Source of the DNA: Thermococcus kodakarensis KOD1
Lineage (GTDB): Archaea > Methanobacteriota_B > Thermococci > Thermococcales > Thermococcaceae
Direction: 5' to 3'
Assembly (NCBI RefSeq): GCF_000009965.1
Contig: NC_006624.1
Location: 1,830,001 to 1,862,000, forward strand
DNA: 32,000 bases
The translations under genes and the position numbers were made by a program. The notes below the pieces were generated by a model, which had not been told where the DNA came from, searched no databases, and saw only the letters and a list, made by a program, of their open reading frames with translations. This document shows positions 23,976-32,000 of this stretch, one piece after another (position 1 is the first letter of the stretch; each line of letters begins with the position of its first letter).

Positions 23976-25187
23976 TCACCCCACAATCATCAGGATCTTG
24001 AATAGGAAAGCACTGATTAGGGCCGCCACGGGAACCGTAACGAACCACGAGATGATTATATCCCTAACGATGTCCTTGTTTATTGCCTTTACTCCCCTGG
24101 CGAGGCCAACGCCGATGACCGCGCCAACGACAACGTGGGTCGTTGAGATCGGAAGCCCGAGCCAGCTCGCCACAAGAACGACGGTAGCGGCCGAGAAGTC
24201 TATTGTAAAGCCGCGCGTGTTGGTAAGCTCGGTTATCTTCTTCCCAACGGTCTCCATAACGCGGTAGCCGTAGGTGGCCACTCCAATAGCTATGCCAAGG
24301 CCGCCCATGGCCAGTATCCACCTCGGAACTGGAACCTTCATTCCGGCCATCCCCATAGTTGCCACCGCGTAAACAGCCGCCACAGGCCCTATCGCGTTGG
24401 CGACGTCGTTTGCCCCGTGGGCTAAGGCGACGTAGCCAGAGGTTATGACCTGAACGCGCCTGAAAATCGACTCAACCCCTATAAACGGGTCAGATGACGG
24501 GAACTTAACCCTGAGGGTGAGGAAGAGTATCAGGAACACAACGAGGCCTGCAGGAATGCCGTAGAAGAGCACTCCAGTCTTCAGGCTCTTTCCGTGGAGA
24601 ACCTTGATGTAGAACATCGTGCCTATCACAACGAAGGCCAGCCCAATCCAGAAGGGCGACCAGATTTTGGAGCTTCTAACGGGGTCTTTTCTTTCGAAGA
24701 TGCTCTTGGTCAGGGCCTTGAAGACCAGGAAGGCCATTATGGCGCCTATTATCGGTGAGAGTATCCAGCTGAGAACCACTTGAGTCATCTTGCCCCAGTT
24801 GACTATTGAGAACCCTGCGTAGACTATGCCGTAGCCCACGATTCCGCCTATGATCGAATGGGTAGTCGAGACGGGCAGGCCGAACTTAGTGGCTATGACC
24901 AGCCAGATCGTAGCGGCAAGCAGAGCCGCAACCGAGCCATAGATAAGCACCGTTGGATCGGTTATCCTGTCCGGGTAGAGGATTCCTTTCCTTATCGTCT
25001 CCGTGACGCTCTTTCCGAAGAAATACGCTCCAGTGAACTCAAGGACTCCCGCTATCAAAACTGCCTGCTTAGGAGTTATCGCCTTTGCACCAACGGCTGT
25101 GCTCATTGAATTCGCCGCATCGTTCGCTCCTATGGCCCACGCCATTCCAAAACCGACGATTATAGTTATCAGCAACCAGGGATCCAT
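23976..25187 (-). CDS. Inorganic phosphate transporter, PiT (PHO4) family
   Basis: It carries the duplicated GANDxANxxxxxVG signatures, AIGANDAANSMSTAVGAKAIT and AHGANDVANAIGPVAA, with about 10-12 TM segments. The ATG at 25187 (MDPWLL...) is preferred over the TTG at 25208. Confidence 0.9.
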   Translation of the reverse strand: MDPWLLITIIVGFGMAWAIGANDAANSMSTAVGAKAITPKQAVLIAGVLEFTGAYFFGKSVTETIRKGILYPDRITDPTVLIYGSVAALLAATIWLVIATKFGLPVSTTHSIIGGIVGYGIVYAGFSIVNWGKMTQVVLSWILSPIIGAIMAFLVFKALTKSIFERKDPVRSSKIWSPFWIGLAFVVIGTMFYIKVLHGKSLKTGVLFYGIPAGLVVFLILFLTLRVKFPSSDPFIGVESIFRRVQVITSGYVALAHGANDVANAIGPVAAVYAVATMGMAGMKVPVPRWILAMGGLGIAIGVATYGYRVMETVGKKITELTNTRGFTIDFSAATVVLVASWLGLPISTTHVVVGAVIGVGLARGVKAINKDIVRDIIISWFVTVPVAALISAFLFKILMIVG

Positions 25188-25291
25188 GACCGCCACCAGA
25201 GGTAGCAAAATTGTGCTATATAAATATCTTGCCGCAGTAGAATATACTCATGAAGATGTCTCTATATAGGGTGGATAGAATAAATAGAAAA

Positions 25292-26941
25292 TCAGGGAGA
25301 GACTTCAACAGGTTCAACCTCAATAGAACCGTCGTCCCTCATGAACAGACGGACGTAGTGGTAGAAGCCACCCTCCTCTGGCTTGGCGTAGAGTGGAGCA
25401 CCTCCGCCACCAGTTATGACAAACGGAACTCCCTCGTAGGTGCCGTACCAGTAGACGTGGATGTGGCCGAAGATTCCAAAGGCGTTGTATTCCCTCATAA
25501 GTTCGAGAAGCTTCTTGGCATCAGAGGGGTCAAGGGTGTGCTCATCGCTCGGCCTCGGATCGTAGGGCGGCGCGTGCATGACTATGACTGGCCTCTCTCC
25601 GCGTTCCTTCGCCCTTTCAAGTTCTTTCTCCAGCCACGCCCACTGTTCATCGGTGAGCCTGTAGCCGTTCATAACGTTGTTGGCAAAGATGTAGCGGTAG
25701 CCCCCGAGGCTGAAGGCGTAGTCAGTCGGGCCGAAGTAGTAATGGTAGATGTTGACGCTCTCCCCATTGTACTCGTGGTTCCCAACGGCCACGAATACCG
25801 GCTTGTTCCACTTCCAGGCCTTCATAAGCTCCTCCCACTGGTAAATCGTGCCCGAGTACACGAGGTCGCCGCTGTCAATAACAAAGGCACCGTTTTCCTT
25901 GTTGATTGCGTCCCTGATCTTGAAGAAGACCTCTGGCTGTTTCTCGCCGCTTCCTGGCCTGTGGTCGCCGAACGCTAAAACGGTGTAGTTGCTAACGTTT
26001 GCGGGTATTATTGAGAAGTCTCCAGAAGAGACCACGACTACCTTCGTTCCGCCGAAGATTGCCTCTTTCATTGCGTCTTCCTGGTCACTCACGGCCATAA
26101 CGTAGTTGGGGTTGATGTTGTCTATCACATAGGTGAGGGTTATCCCTTTGTTGTTCTTCACCCTAACGCTCACGTTGAAGCCGAGGGCACGGATGTAGAC
26201 CTTGGTGTCGTTCACCATCCTGATGAATCCTCCGCTGACTGTTATGTTCTCTCCTTTAACGACGCGCCAGTAGTACTGGAAGGGTTCGTCGAATATTATC
26301 TGGTGGAGAGTAACGAACTCATCCTCCCCCGCGATTCCGTCGAGGTTCGTGTCCCCTATCTCCTTCACGAGCATCCCCTCGAAGTTCCCCGAGCGGACAA
26401 CTGCCGTCCTGTCGAGCTGGACTTTACCTGATTTTACACCCGCGAGGAAGTTTAGTGCCGCACCGACTCCGGCCCTGCTCGTGCCGGAGACCACCATTAC
26501 AGGGTTTCCTTCTTTGGAGTTGAATATTGCAACAACGCCGTGCCAGGGGCCGATGTAGTGCATGCCGTTCCTGTAGGCTATGTATCCGAAGAAATCAAGC
26601 TTCTGCACCTGAACTGGCTTTCCGAAGAGGATTTTCTTTGAATAAACGTCCTGTGGCGATAAGACCAGGATGCCGCTTCCGGGGTATTCGGAGGAGGGCT
26701 TAACGCTGGCATTTGGGAAGTAGTGCTTGACAAGGTCTTCGTAGCCATTGCTTACGTAGAATGTCTCGTTGAAAAGCTCGTACCAGCTGGCGAGGACCTT
26801 GCCGGGGGCGTAGCTCTTGAAGTTTATGCCTGAACTCCCAGCGCTCGTTGAAGCTGTTTTCGTGTTTGTGTTGGTGGTGCCTCCTATGCAACCGGCTATG
26901 AACACGACGGACAGTATTAAAAGGGCAACAGCTTTTTTCAT
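25292..26941 (-). CDS. Secreted lipoprotein with a C-terminal calcineurin-like metallophosphoesterase domain
   Basis: Signal peptide plus lipobox FIAGC, followed by a T/S/N-rich linker. The metallophosphoesterase motifs are FGDHRPG, DSGDLVY, VGNHEY, VIVMHAPP and GHIHVYW. The N-terminal roughly 290 aa form an unknown domain. Confidence 0.8.
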   Translation of the reverse strand: MKKAVALLILSVVFIAGCIGGTTNTNTKTASTSAGSSGINFKSYAPGKVLASWYELFNETFYVSNGYEDLVKHYFPNASVKPSSEYPGSGILVLSPQDVYSKKILFGKPVQVQKLDFFGYIAYRNGMHYIGPWHGVVAIFNSKEGNPVMVVSGTSRAGVGAALNFLAGVKSGKVQLDRTAVVRSGNFEGMLVKEIGDTNLDGIAGEDEFVTLHQIIFDEPFQYYWRVVKGENITVSGGFIRMVNDTKVYIRALGFNVSVRVKNNKGITLTYVIDNINPNYVMAVSDQEDAMKEAIFGGTKVVVVSSGDFSIIPANVSNYTVLAFGDHRPGSGEKQPEVFFKIRDAINKENGAFVIDSGDLVYSGTIYQWEELMKAWKWNKPVFVAVGNHEYNGESVNIYHYYFGPTDYAFSLGGYRYIFANNVMNGYRLTDEQWAWLEKELERAKERGERPVIVMHAPPYDPRPSDEHTLDPSDAKKLLELMREYNAFGIFGHIHVYWYGTYEGVPFVITGGGGAPLYAKPEEGGFYHYVRLFMRDDGSIEVEPVEVSP

Positions 26942-26980
26942 ACCCATCACCTTTAACTCCCTTCCAAATCGTCGGGGAAC

Positions 26981-26990
26981 GTTTAAATAT
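26981..26990. promoter_or_regulatory. Shared TATA box (GTTTAAATAT) between the divergent phosphoesterase and cupin genes
   Basis: It lies about 30-35 nt from the ATG at 27020 (+; GGTGGT SD at 27011-27016). It lies about 40-45 nt from the ATG at 26941 (-; AAAGGTGAT SD). Confidence 0.4.
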
Positions 26991-27019
26991 GATTCGATTC
27001 AATCTCCTATGGTGGTACC

Positions 27020-27376
27020 ATGTTCGTCGGGCACTATAAGGATGTCCCGGAAAAAAATACGGGTTTTGAGGGAGTGACAATCCGCTGGCTCGTTTCTCCG
27101 AAGCTCGGGGCAAAGAACTTCGCGATGCGCTACTTCGTCATGAAGAAGGGCTCTGAGATTCCAATCCATCAGCACGACTGGGAGCACGAGATATTCATCG
27201 TCAGAGGAGAGGGCATAATAACCAACGGAAAGGAGGAGTTCCACGTTAAGGAAGGCAACTTCCTCTACGTTCCGCCCAACGAGCCGCACGGCTACAAGGC
27301 AACTGGAGAAACGCTGGAGTTCCTCTGCATAATCCCTGCCAAGAAAGAGGCGATTCCAGAGGAAGAGTGGGCCTGA
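27020..27376 (+). CDS. Cupin-domain protein (cupin_2)
   Basis: G-x5-H-x-H-x3-E motif (GSEIPIHQHDWEHEIFIVRGEG) and motif 2 (GNFLYVPPNEPHGYKATG). Confidence 0.85.
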   Translation: MFVGHYKDVPEKNTGFEGVTIRWLVSPKLGAKNFAMRYFVMKKGSEIPIHQHDWEHEIFIVRGEGIITNGKEEFHVKEGNFLYVPPNEPHGYKATGETLEFLCIIPAKKEAIPEEEWA

Positions 27377-27380
27377 GTTC

Positions 27381-28664
27381 TCACTCACTTTTTTCCATCT
27401 CTCCCCGCAGATACGTTGAACCAGCCCACGTAATCTTGGCCCGGGTTATTTCCCCTTTCTCACCGGCATCGAGGATTATCTCCTTGTAGTTGAACGTCCT
27501 GGCATCAATTCCGCCCTTCTCGCCCGGACCGTGAACGAGAACCTCAACTTTCTTCCCAAGATAAGTCTGGTTTATCTCGTAGGCTATCTGGAGGCGGAGT
27601 CTGTGCAAAATCCTGGAGCGCTCCTTAACTTTCCAGCCGGGCAGCTGCTTCCACTTCGCTGCAATCGTCCCCGGCCTTGGGGAATAGCGGGAGACGTTTA
27701 TCTTGTCCGGCCTAACCCTCTTCACAAGCTCAACGGTGTTCTGGAAGGCCTCTTCGCCTTCGCCTGGAAAGCCGACTATTATGTCGGTGTTGAGATTCAA
27801 ACCCGGAATTTTCCTGCGGAACTCACTAACGATTTCCTCGAACTCCTCAACCGTGTAGTTCCTTCCCATTCTCCTCAGGACTTCGTTATCGCCGCTCTGG
27901 ACGGGCAGGTGAAGGAACTTGTAAACCTTAGGGTCTTGGTAGACCTCTATCAGCTCGTCGAGGAACTTTATCACGTGGTTTGGGTTCATCATGCCGACGC
28001 GGATTCTAAAGTCTCCTTCGATGGCTGTTATTTCGTCGAGGAGCTCTGCCAGGTTCGTTCCGATGTCAAAACCGTAGCACCCGGTATCCTCGCTAGAAAG
28101 CTGGATTTCCTTGTAGCCCCTTGCGAGGGCTTCCTTTACCCACTTCAACACGAGTTCGGGCTTGTAGCTCTTGAGCACACCGCGGGCAAACCTTGTCGCG
28201 CAGTATGTGCAGGCGTTGAGGCAACCCTCGCTTATTGGCACAACGAAAACTACACCTGACTTCCAGAGACGCGGCAGTTCGAGCTTGTCTACCTTCCTTT
28301 CCTTCCAGCCCTCAACTGAGACCAGCTTTCCTCCGCGTTCGGCAAGGTCTATCGCCTCGGCGATTCTGTCTATGCTCTTGACGCCGAGCATCCCGGAGAC
28401 GCGGGGGTCAATAACGTCTGGATTAACGTGAACGAGGCATCCTGTAGCGATGACTTTCTTTCCGGAATCGAGCAGTTCGCGTATTCTCCTCGCCATCTTG
28501 TGCTCCGTTGGGTCTTTAACGGCACAGGTGTTCACAACAACGTAATCAGCGCTTTCCGGACTTTCGGCTAACTCATAGCCAGCCCTAAGCAGAATAGCTT
28601 CCATAATCTCCCCGTCTGCCTTATTTCTTGTGCAGCCGTAACTCTCGACGTAAACCCTGACCAT
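27381..28664 (-). CDS. mtaB: Radical-SAM methylthiotransferase of the MiaB/MtaB (CDKAL1-like, archaeal e-MtaB) family with a C-terminal TRAM domain
   Basis: UPF0004 domain VYVESYGCTRNKADGE...VNTCAV...GCL. Radical-SAM cluster CLNACTYC. C-terminal TRAM-like GKKVEVLVHG...GEITRAKITWAGSTYLRGE. The ATG at 28664 is preferred to the longer track ORF. Confidence 0.8.
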   Translation of the reverse strand: MVRVYVESYGCTRNKADGEIMEAILLRAGYELAESPESADYVVVNTCAVKDPTEHKMARRIRELLDSGKKVIATGCLVHVNPDVIDPRVSGMLGVKSIDRIAEAIDLAERGGKLVSVEGWKERKVDKLELPRLWKSGVVFVVPISEGCLNACTYCATRFARGVLKSYKPELVLKWVKEALARGYKEIQLSSEDTGCYGFDIGTNLAELLDEITAIEGDFRIRVGMMNPNHVIKFLDELIEVYQDPKVYKFLHLPVQSGDNEVLRRMGRNYTVEEFEEIVSEFRRKIPGLNLNTDIIVGFPGEGEEAFQNTVELVKRVRPDKINVSRYSPRPGTIAAKWKQLPGWKVKERSRILHRLRLQIAYEINQTYLGKKVEVLVHGPGEKGGIDARTFNYKEIILDAGEKGEITRAKITWAGSTYLRGEMEKSE

Positions 28665-28743
28665 CGGAATGGGTTCAGAAGTGGGTTTAAAAAACAGACG
28701 GGTCAAAAGTGGGAATAAATGAGAGTGAAAAAAGAACTCTCAA

Positions 28744-28962
28744 TCACTCGATGACTGAGGCGAAAGCGAACTTCCTCTTGACTGAGTTGATAACGATCTC
28801 AACCTCGTCTCCGACCTGGGTGTTCGGGACGAATATGACGAACCCCTTTATCTTGGCGATGCCGTCACCGCCCTTTCCAAGGCTCTCAATCTTGACCGTG
28901 TATCTCTCCCCAACCTTAACGGGGGCTTCCTGTCCATATCCACCAAACCTGTCTCCATACAT
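28744..28962 (-). CDS. Stand-alone TRAM domain protein (putative RNA-binding/chaperone)
   Basis: [60 protein letters not shown] is the canonical archaeal single-TRAM pattern. The ATG at 28962 is preferred over the TTG at 28983. Confidence 0.8.
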   Translation of the reverse strand: MYGDRFGGYGQEAPVKVGERYTVKIESLGKGGDGIAKIKGFVIFVPNTQVGDEVEIVINSVKRKFAFASVIE

Positions 28963-29058
28963 ACCTAACACCAACTCTTTCAACTTTCGGGGGCCCTTCG
29001 GGAAGACTCCAGAAGAGTCCCGTTGTTGGGTTAGTCGCGGAGTATATAAACCTTTGGG

Positions 29059-29505
29059 TCACTTCGCCAGTTTTTCGGCGATCTCGACCGCTTTTTGAAC
29101 CCCAGCCTTTACCTCATCGCTCAGCTCCATGCCCAGGTCTATCTCCTTCGCGACTATCCCGATAAAGTGAATCTCCGCTCTCTTCAGCCTCTCATCGAGC
29201 GCCATGAGGAGCTTCAGCCCATCGATAGCACCCATGAAGTGGGCGCTCCTGATTTCGGCCTTCAGCTTCTCGAATATTTCCTCGCCACTAAAGTGAACTA
29301 CCTCTCCGGGTTTCAGCTTATCGCTCAGGATGGCGTCGATGATTACTATTCTCTCTTCACCGTTGTAGTGGTTCGCCAGGCGGAAGATGTCCGTACCGAC
29401 CTCAAGGACGTTGTAGCCCTTCTCCGCGAGAATTCTGCCCGCTTTCAGCCCGGCTCCGTCGTCTTTCATCAGCTCGTTGCCGAGGGCGAGGATGAGTACT
29501 CTCAC
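29059..29505 (-). CDS. [NiFe] hydrogenase maturation endopeptidase (HycI/HybD/FrhD family)
   Basis: ILALGNELMKDDGAGLKAG (the GNxxxxDDGxG box) and a His-containing SAHFMG region. GTG start, with the AGGTGG SD embedded in the last codons of the upstream vapC. Confidence 0.85.
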   Translation of the reverse strand: MRVLILALGNELMKDDGAGLKAGRILAEKGYNVLEVGTDIFRLANHYNGEERIVIIDAILSDKLKPGEVVHFSGEEIFEKLKAEIRSAHFMGAIDGLKLLMALDERLKRAEIHFIGIVAKEIDLGMELSDEVKAGVQKAVEIAEKLAK

Positions 29506-29507
29506 GG

Positions 29508-29939
29508 CTAACCACCTATGATTTCAACCTTTTCCTTCTCAGCCGGAACCTTGAAGTCGTCGTCTATCGTGGCCAAGGAAAAGCCGTGCTCGATGCAAGT
29601 GGCAAGAATAGGAGCATCGTTGGGAAGGAGCGCGTACTTCTCTATCAGCTCGCGGGCTTTAAAGAGTGCATTCTGAGTCGTGGGTATAAAACCGAAGTCC
29701 TCTAACACCTTGAAAACAGTGGACAGCTCTTTGGGTAGCCTCTCGGGATGACCCTTTATCGTCCGAGGAGATGCCCCCAAGAAGTATCCTAAAAGAATGT
29801 AAACAACTTCACTGAACACGACCTCATTGATATAAAGAACGTCATCACTTTCTTCAAACTGTTCAATCAATCCAACAGCCCGCTCGTTTCCCCTGAAGTA
29901 CTCAATCAGGACAGAACTGTCAATCAATAAGTCCCTCAT
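29508..29939 (-). CDS. vapC: PIN-domain toxin (VapC-type ribonuclease)
   Basis: N-terminal LLIDSSVLIEY (first acidic residue), E at FSEVVY, LPNDAPILATC and LATIDDDF. These are the conserved acidic quartet positions of PIN domains. Size 143 aa. Confidence 0.8.
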   Translation of the reverse strand: MRDLLIDSSVLIEYFRGNERAVGLIEQFEESDDVLYINEVVFSEVVYILLGYFLGASPRTIKGHPERLPKELSTVFKVLEDFGFIPTTQNALFKARELIEKYALLPNDAPILATCIEHGFSLATIDDDFKVPAEKEKVEIIGG

Positions 29940-30129
29940 AGAGCTCCCTCTTTATCTCTTTCCATGACTTGTCGGTCTTCATGATCCCCTTGAGCTTTTT
30001 CAGGTTCTCAAAGAGCTCCTTCTTGTGGGCCAGATACCAAGCCCTAGCTTCGACTTCTTTCCGGAACTCCTCGGCGTACTTCTTCGGGACTTTAACATGA
30101 ATCACAACATCAACAAGCTCCTCGACCAT
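29920..30129 (-). CDS. vapB: Putative VapB-type antitoxin (69 aa)
   Basis: Small ORF overlapping the PIN gene start by 20 nt. It has an N-terminal beta-strand-like VVIHVKVPKKYAEEF (RHH-like) and a helical K/E-rich remainder. A GGTGAG SD lies upstream. Confidence 0.6.
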   Translation of the reverse strand: MVEELVDVVIHVKVPKKYAEEFRKEVEARAWYLAHKKELFENLKKLKGIMKTDKSWKEIKRELYEGLID

Positions 30130-30177
30130 GCCCTCACCACTGGAAAATAGGCTTGAAAACTTAAAAAAGTTGGGAGG

Positions 30178-31464
30178 CTAAAGCCTCGCCACGTGCACTG
30201 AACAGGAGATGCACGGGTCGTAGGCCCTTACAACCATCTCAGCGAGGAGCTTGAGCTTCTCCGGATCGTCGTTGTAGTGCTTCTCCGCCATCATCCTCAC
30301 GTGCTGCTCCATCATGGCGAGGTTGAATGCCGTTGGGGTTATTATGTCTGCGTAGCTAACCCTTCCGTTCTCGACCTTGAGCGCGTAAACGAGCACTCCA
30401 CGCGGGGCTTCGGTAGTTGAGACACCGAAGCCGTCCTTCAAAGCTACCTCGTCCCTCGGCCTTATCGGCCACTTCGCGAGGGCCTCGTCAATCAGGTCTA
30501 TCGCCCTCTCCGTGAAGTAGACGAGCTCAAGCGCCTGCGCGAGGTTGTTGGCGAACGGATTGGTGGATCTCAAAAGGTCTTTATAGCTCTCGTAGAGCTC
30601 CTTAGCCCTTCCGTAGAGTGTATCGGCGTTGTTCACGAGGCGCGAAATGGCACCAACCATGAAGGGCTTTCCGTGGTAGTGGCTGTGCTTGGCGAAGCTG
30701 TGCTCAACGACGAACTCCTTTATGTGCTCCCTGTACTCCTCGCTCGGGAACTCATTTCCGTCCGAGGCCTTGAGGTAGTCGCCGTAGATGCCGTAAACTC
30801 CGTTCCTCGGCTTGACCGCTATGTGGGTGATCGGCCCCTCGACTTCCTCGTACTGCTCAAGCTTCGTGAAGAGCTCGAAGGTGTACTCCGCCTTCGGAAG
30901 GGCTTCCTTAAGGCGTCTCTTCATATTCTCAAGGACGCTCTTGTCCGGGAGCTTTCCGAAGCCGCCCAAAACTGCGTTCTCCTGGTGGATGGCTCTGCTT
31001 CCGAGTTCGTCCATCATCCAGCTCCCGAGGTTCTTTAGGTCGAGAGCTATGCTCATCTCTTTCTTGTACTCGTCTATCATATGGAGCGGCCCGGAGTAGC
31101 CCAGATAATCGGGCAGGACGAGGAGATACAGATGGAGTGCGTGGCTCTCTATCATGTCTCCTATGTAGAGGACTTCCCTGAGGGCCTGGATTTCCTCGCG
31201 CGGGGTGAAGCCTATCGCCTTCTCAGCGGCCTCAACGGCGGTGAGTTTGTGGGCCGCCGAACAGAAAGAGCATATTCTTGGGTAAATCGCTAAAGCTTCG
31301 TCGAGCTTCTTGCCGAGGGTTATGGCCTCGAAAAACCTCGGTCCTTCGATGATGTTAAGCTTGACCTCCTTCACGCCATCGTCGCCGACAACGATCTCAA
31401 CGCCGCCCTTGCCCTCGACCCTCGCTATGTGGTCAACGGTGATCGGGAGATAAACGTTCTTCAT
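30178..31464 (-). CDS. hydA: Cytosolic [NiFe] hydrogenase large (alpha) subunit, sulfhydrogenase type
   Basis: N-terminal Ni-binding [10 protein letters not shown] and C-terminal DPCISCSVH followed by the cleavable VARL tail. 428 aa. As far as I recall, it is near-colinear with the Pyrococcus/Thermococcus sulfhydrogenase I alpha subunit. Confidence 0.9.
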   Translation of the reverse strand: MKNVYLPITVDHIARVEGKGGVEIVVGDDGVKEVKLNIIEGPRFFEAITLGKKLDEALAIYPRICSFCSAAHKLTAVEAAEKAIGFTPREEIQALREVLYIGDMIESHALHLYLLVLPDYLGYSGPLHMIDEYKKEMSIALDLKNLGSWMMDELGSRAIHQENAVLGGFGKLPDKSVLENMKRRLKEALPKAEYTFELFTKLEQYEEVEGPITHIAVKPRNGVYGIYGDYLKASDGNEFPSEEYREHIKEFVVEHSFAKHSHYHGKPFMVGAISRLVNNADTLYGRAKELYESYKDLLRSTNPFANNLAQALELVYFTERAIDLIDEALAKWPIRPRDEVALKDGFGVSTTEAPRGVLVYALKVENGRVSYADIITPTAFNLAMMEQHVRMMAEKHYNDDPEKLKLLAEMVVRAYDPCISCSVHVARL

Positions 31465-32000
31465 TCTTTCACCTCCTGGAATATCTTGTTTACCATCTCC
31501 TCGAGCTTCGGGTTGTGGGCGTTGAACATCCTCATCCTCTCAAGGATCTCCTCCTTGGTCAGCCCCTTCTCCCTGAAGACCCTCGCCAGGGAGTCGAACC
31601 AGGCAACGTCGTAGCCTATCGCCCCCCGACAACCAATGCACGCTATTCCATAGGCAGGGCATCTCGCGTCGCAGCCAGCCCTCGTTACCGGGCCGAGGCA
31701 GGGCTCGCCCCTCTCAAGGAGCACACAAGTGTTGCCCCTGAGCCTGCACTCCAAACAGACTGGATAGTCAATGTCTTCAGGCCACGAACCTATGAGGAGC
31801 GTTCCGAGGGTGTAGAGGAAGTCCCTCTTCTCCGGCGGGCAGCCGTAGATGTTGTAGTCAACCTTGATGTAGTTGGAGATCGGCTCTGCCATCTTTGGCT
31901 GGAACTTGACCTTGGCGTCTCCATAGACGGTCTTCCAAAGCTCCTCCAGCGGTTTGTCCTTCTCCCAGCTCTGAACGCCGCCCTGGACGGCGCAGGAGCC
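31461..32000 (-). CDS. hydD: [NiFe] hydrogenase small (delta) subunit, sulfhydrogenase type. The 5' end lies beyond the window.
   Basis: Fe-S cluster Cys pattern CPP...[11 protein letters not shown]...[15 protein letters not shown]...CIGC. The frame stays open upstream of the track's Met to position 32000 ([42 protein letters not shown]...). 4-nt overlap with hydA. Confidence 0.85.
   Translation of the reverse strand, partial: GSCAVQGGVQSWEKDKPLEELWKTVYGDAKVKFQPKMAEPISNYIKVDYNIYGCPPEKRDFLYTLGTLLIGSWPEDIDYPVCLECRLRGNTCVLLERGEPCLGPVTRAGCDARCPAYGIACIGCRGAIGYDVAWFDSLARVFREKGLTKEEILERMRMFNAHNPKLEEMVNKIFQEVKE

Noticed and set aside
25250-25978. 242-aa plus-strand ORF, and likewise the 242-aa ORF at 27531-28259
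   Set aside because: They are antisense to the metallophosphoesterase and the radical-SAM methylthiotransferase respectively. Both of those carry complete catalytic motifs. The shadow ORFs are V/R/P-rich with no motifs.
26700-27388. 137-aa and 129-aa minus-strand ORFs
   Set aside because: They overlap the phosphoesterase 5' end out of frame, or run antisense to the cupin gene with its intact cupin motifs. The products are R/H-rich.
29508-30177. vapBC as part of a larger mobile or defence island
   Set aside because: I see no flanking direct repeats, no integrase, and no compositional break. The cassette is a minimal two-gene TA embedded in the hydrogenase locus, so I report it only as an insertion/coupling observation.
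1-32000. Search for CRISPR arrays, tRNA/rRNA genes, and IS elements, integrases or terminal inverted repeats
   Set aside because: I saw no regularly spaced direct repeats, no cloverleaf-capable GC-rich intergenic segment (the intergenic regions are short and A/T-rich), and no transposase or integrase-like ORF. This was checked by eye only. A tRNAscan/Infernal run would be needed to exclude small RNAs.

Overview
The window is densely coding: about 34 protein genes, roughly 93% coding, and mostly on the minus strand. I found no rRNA, tRNA, CRISPR array or recognisable mobile element. Gene content and protein signatures look like a Thermococcales (Thermococcus/Pyrococcus-type) euryarchaeon. Supporting features are a soluble [NiFe] sulfhydrogenase alpha/delta pair, GGTGAT-type Shine-Dalgarno sequences, TTTATATA/TTTAAATA TATA boxes about 25-30 bp from start codons, and oligo-T terminators. 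This taxon call is recognition from memory, not a database search.

Gene order, left to right:
- signal peptidase I (partial, not in the ORF track)
- a SPOUT-like protein
- a helical-repeat protein followed by an M19 dipeptidase
- a KaiC-like ATPase with a small partner, divergent from two Walker-A-less paralogous genes
- a SAM methyltransferase
- a three-gene surface/membrane operon (6472-12185), described below
- an S9 acylaminoacyl-type peptidase
- a small membrane protein
- an atypical small kinase, divergent from a stand-alone RAM-domain gene
- an ABC-2 operon with one ATPase and three permease-like genes holding five permease modules
- an OppB/OppC-like permease pair led by a 115-aa lipoprotein, with no binding protein or ATPase
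- a PiT phosphate transporter, a DUF47/PhoU-like gene and a secreted metallophosphoesterase lipoprotein
- a cupin
- a radical-SAM methylthiotransferase next to a stand-alone TRAM gene
- a hydrogenase maturation protease separated from hydA/hydD by a vapBC cassette

The most interesting candidate is the 6472-12185 operon. It encodes a signal-anchored protein made of about ten RPA/anticodon-type OB-fold-like modules, a TctA/DUF112-like polytopic membrane protein, and a YdjM/DUF457-type membrane metal-hydrolase split by an insertion that carries another OB module. I interpret it as a possible extracellular nucleic-acid (or other polyanion) capture, translocation or processing system. That is inference only.
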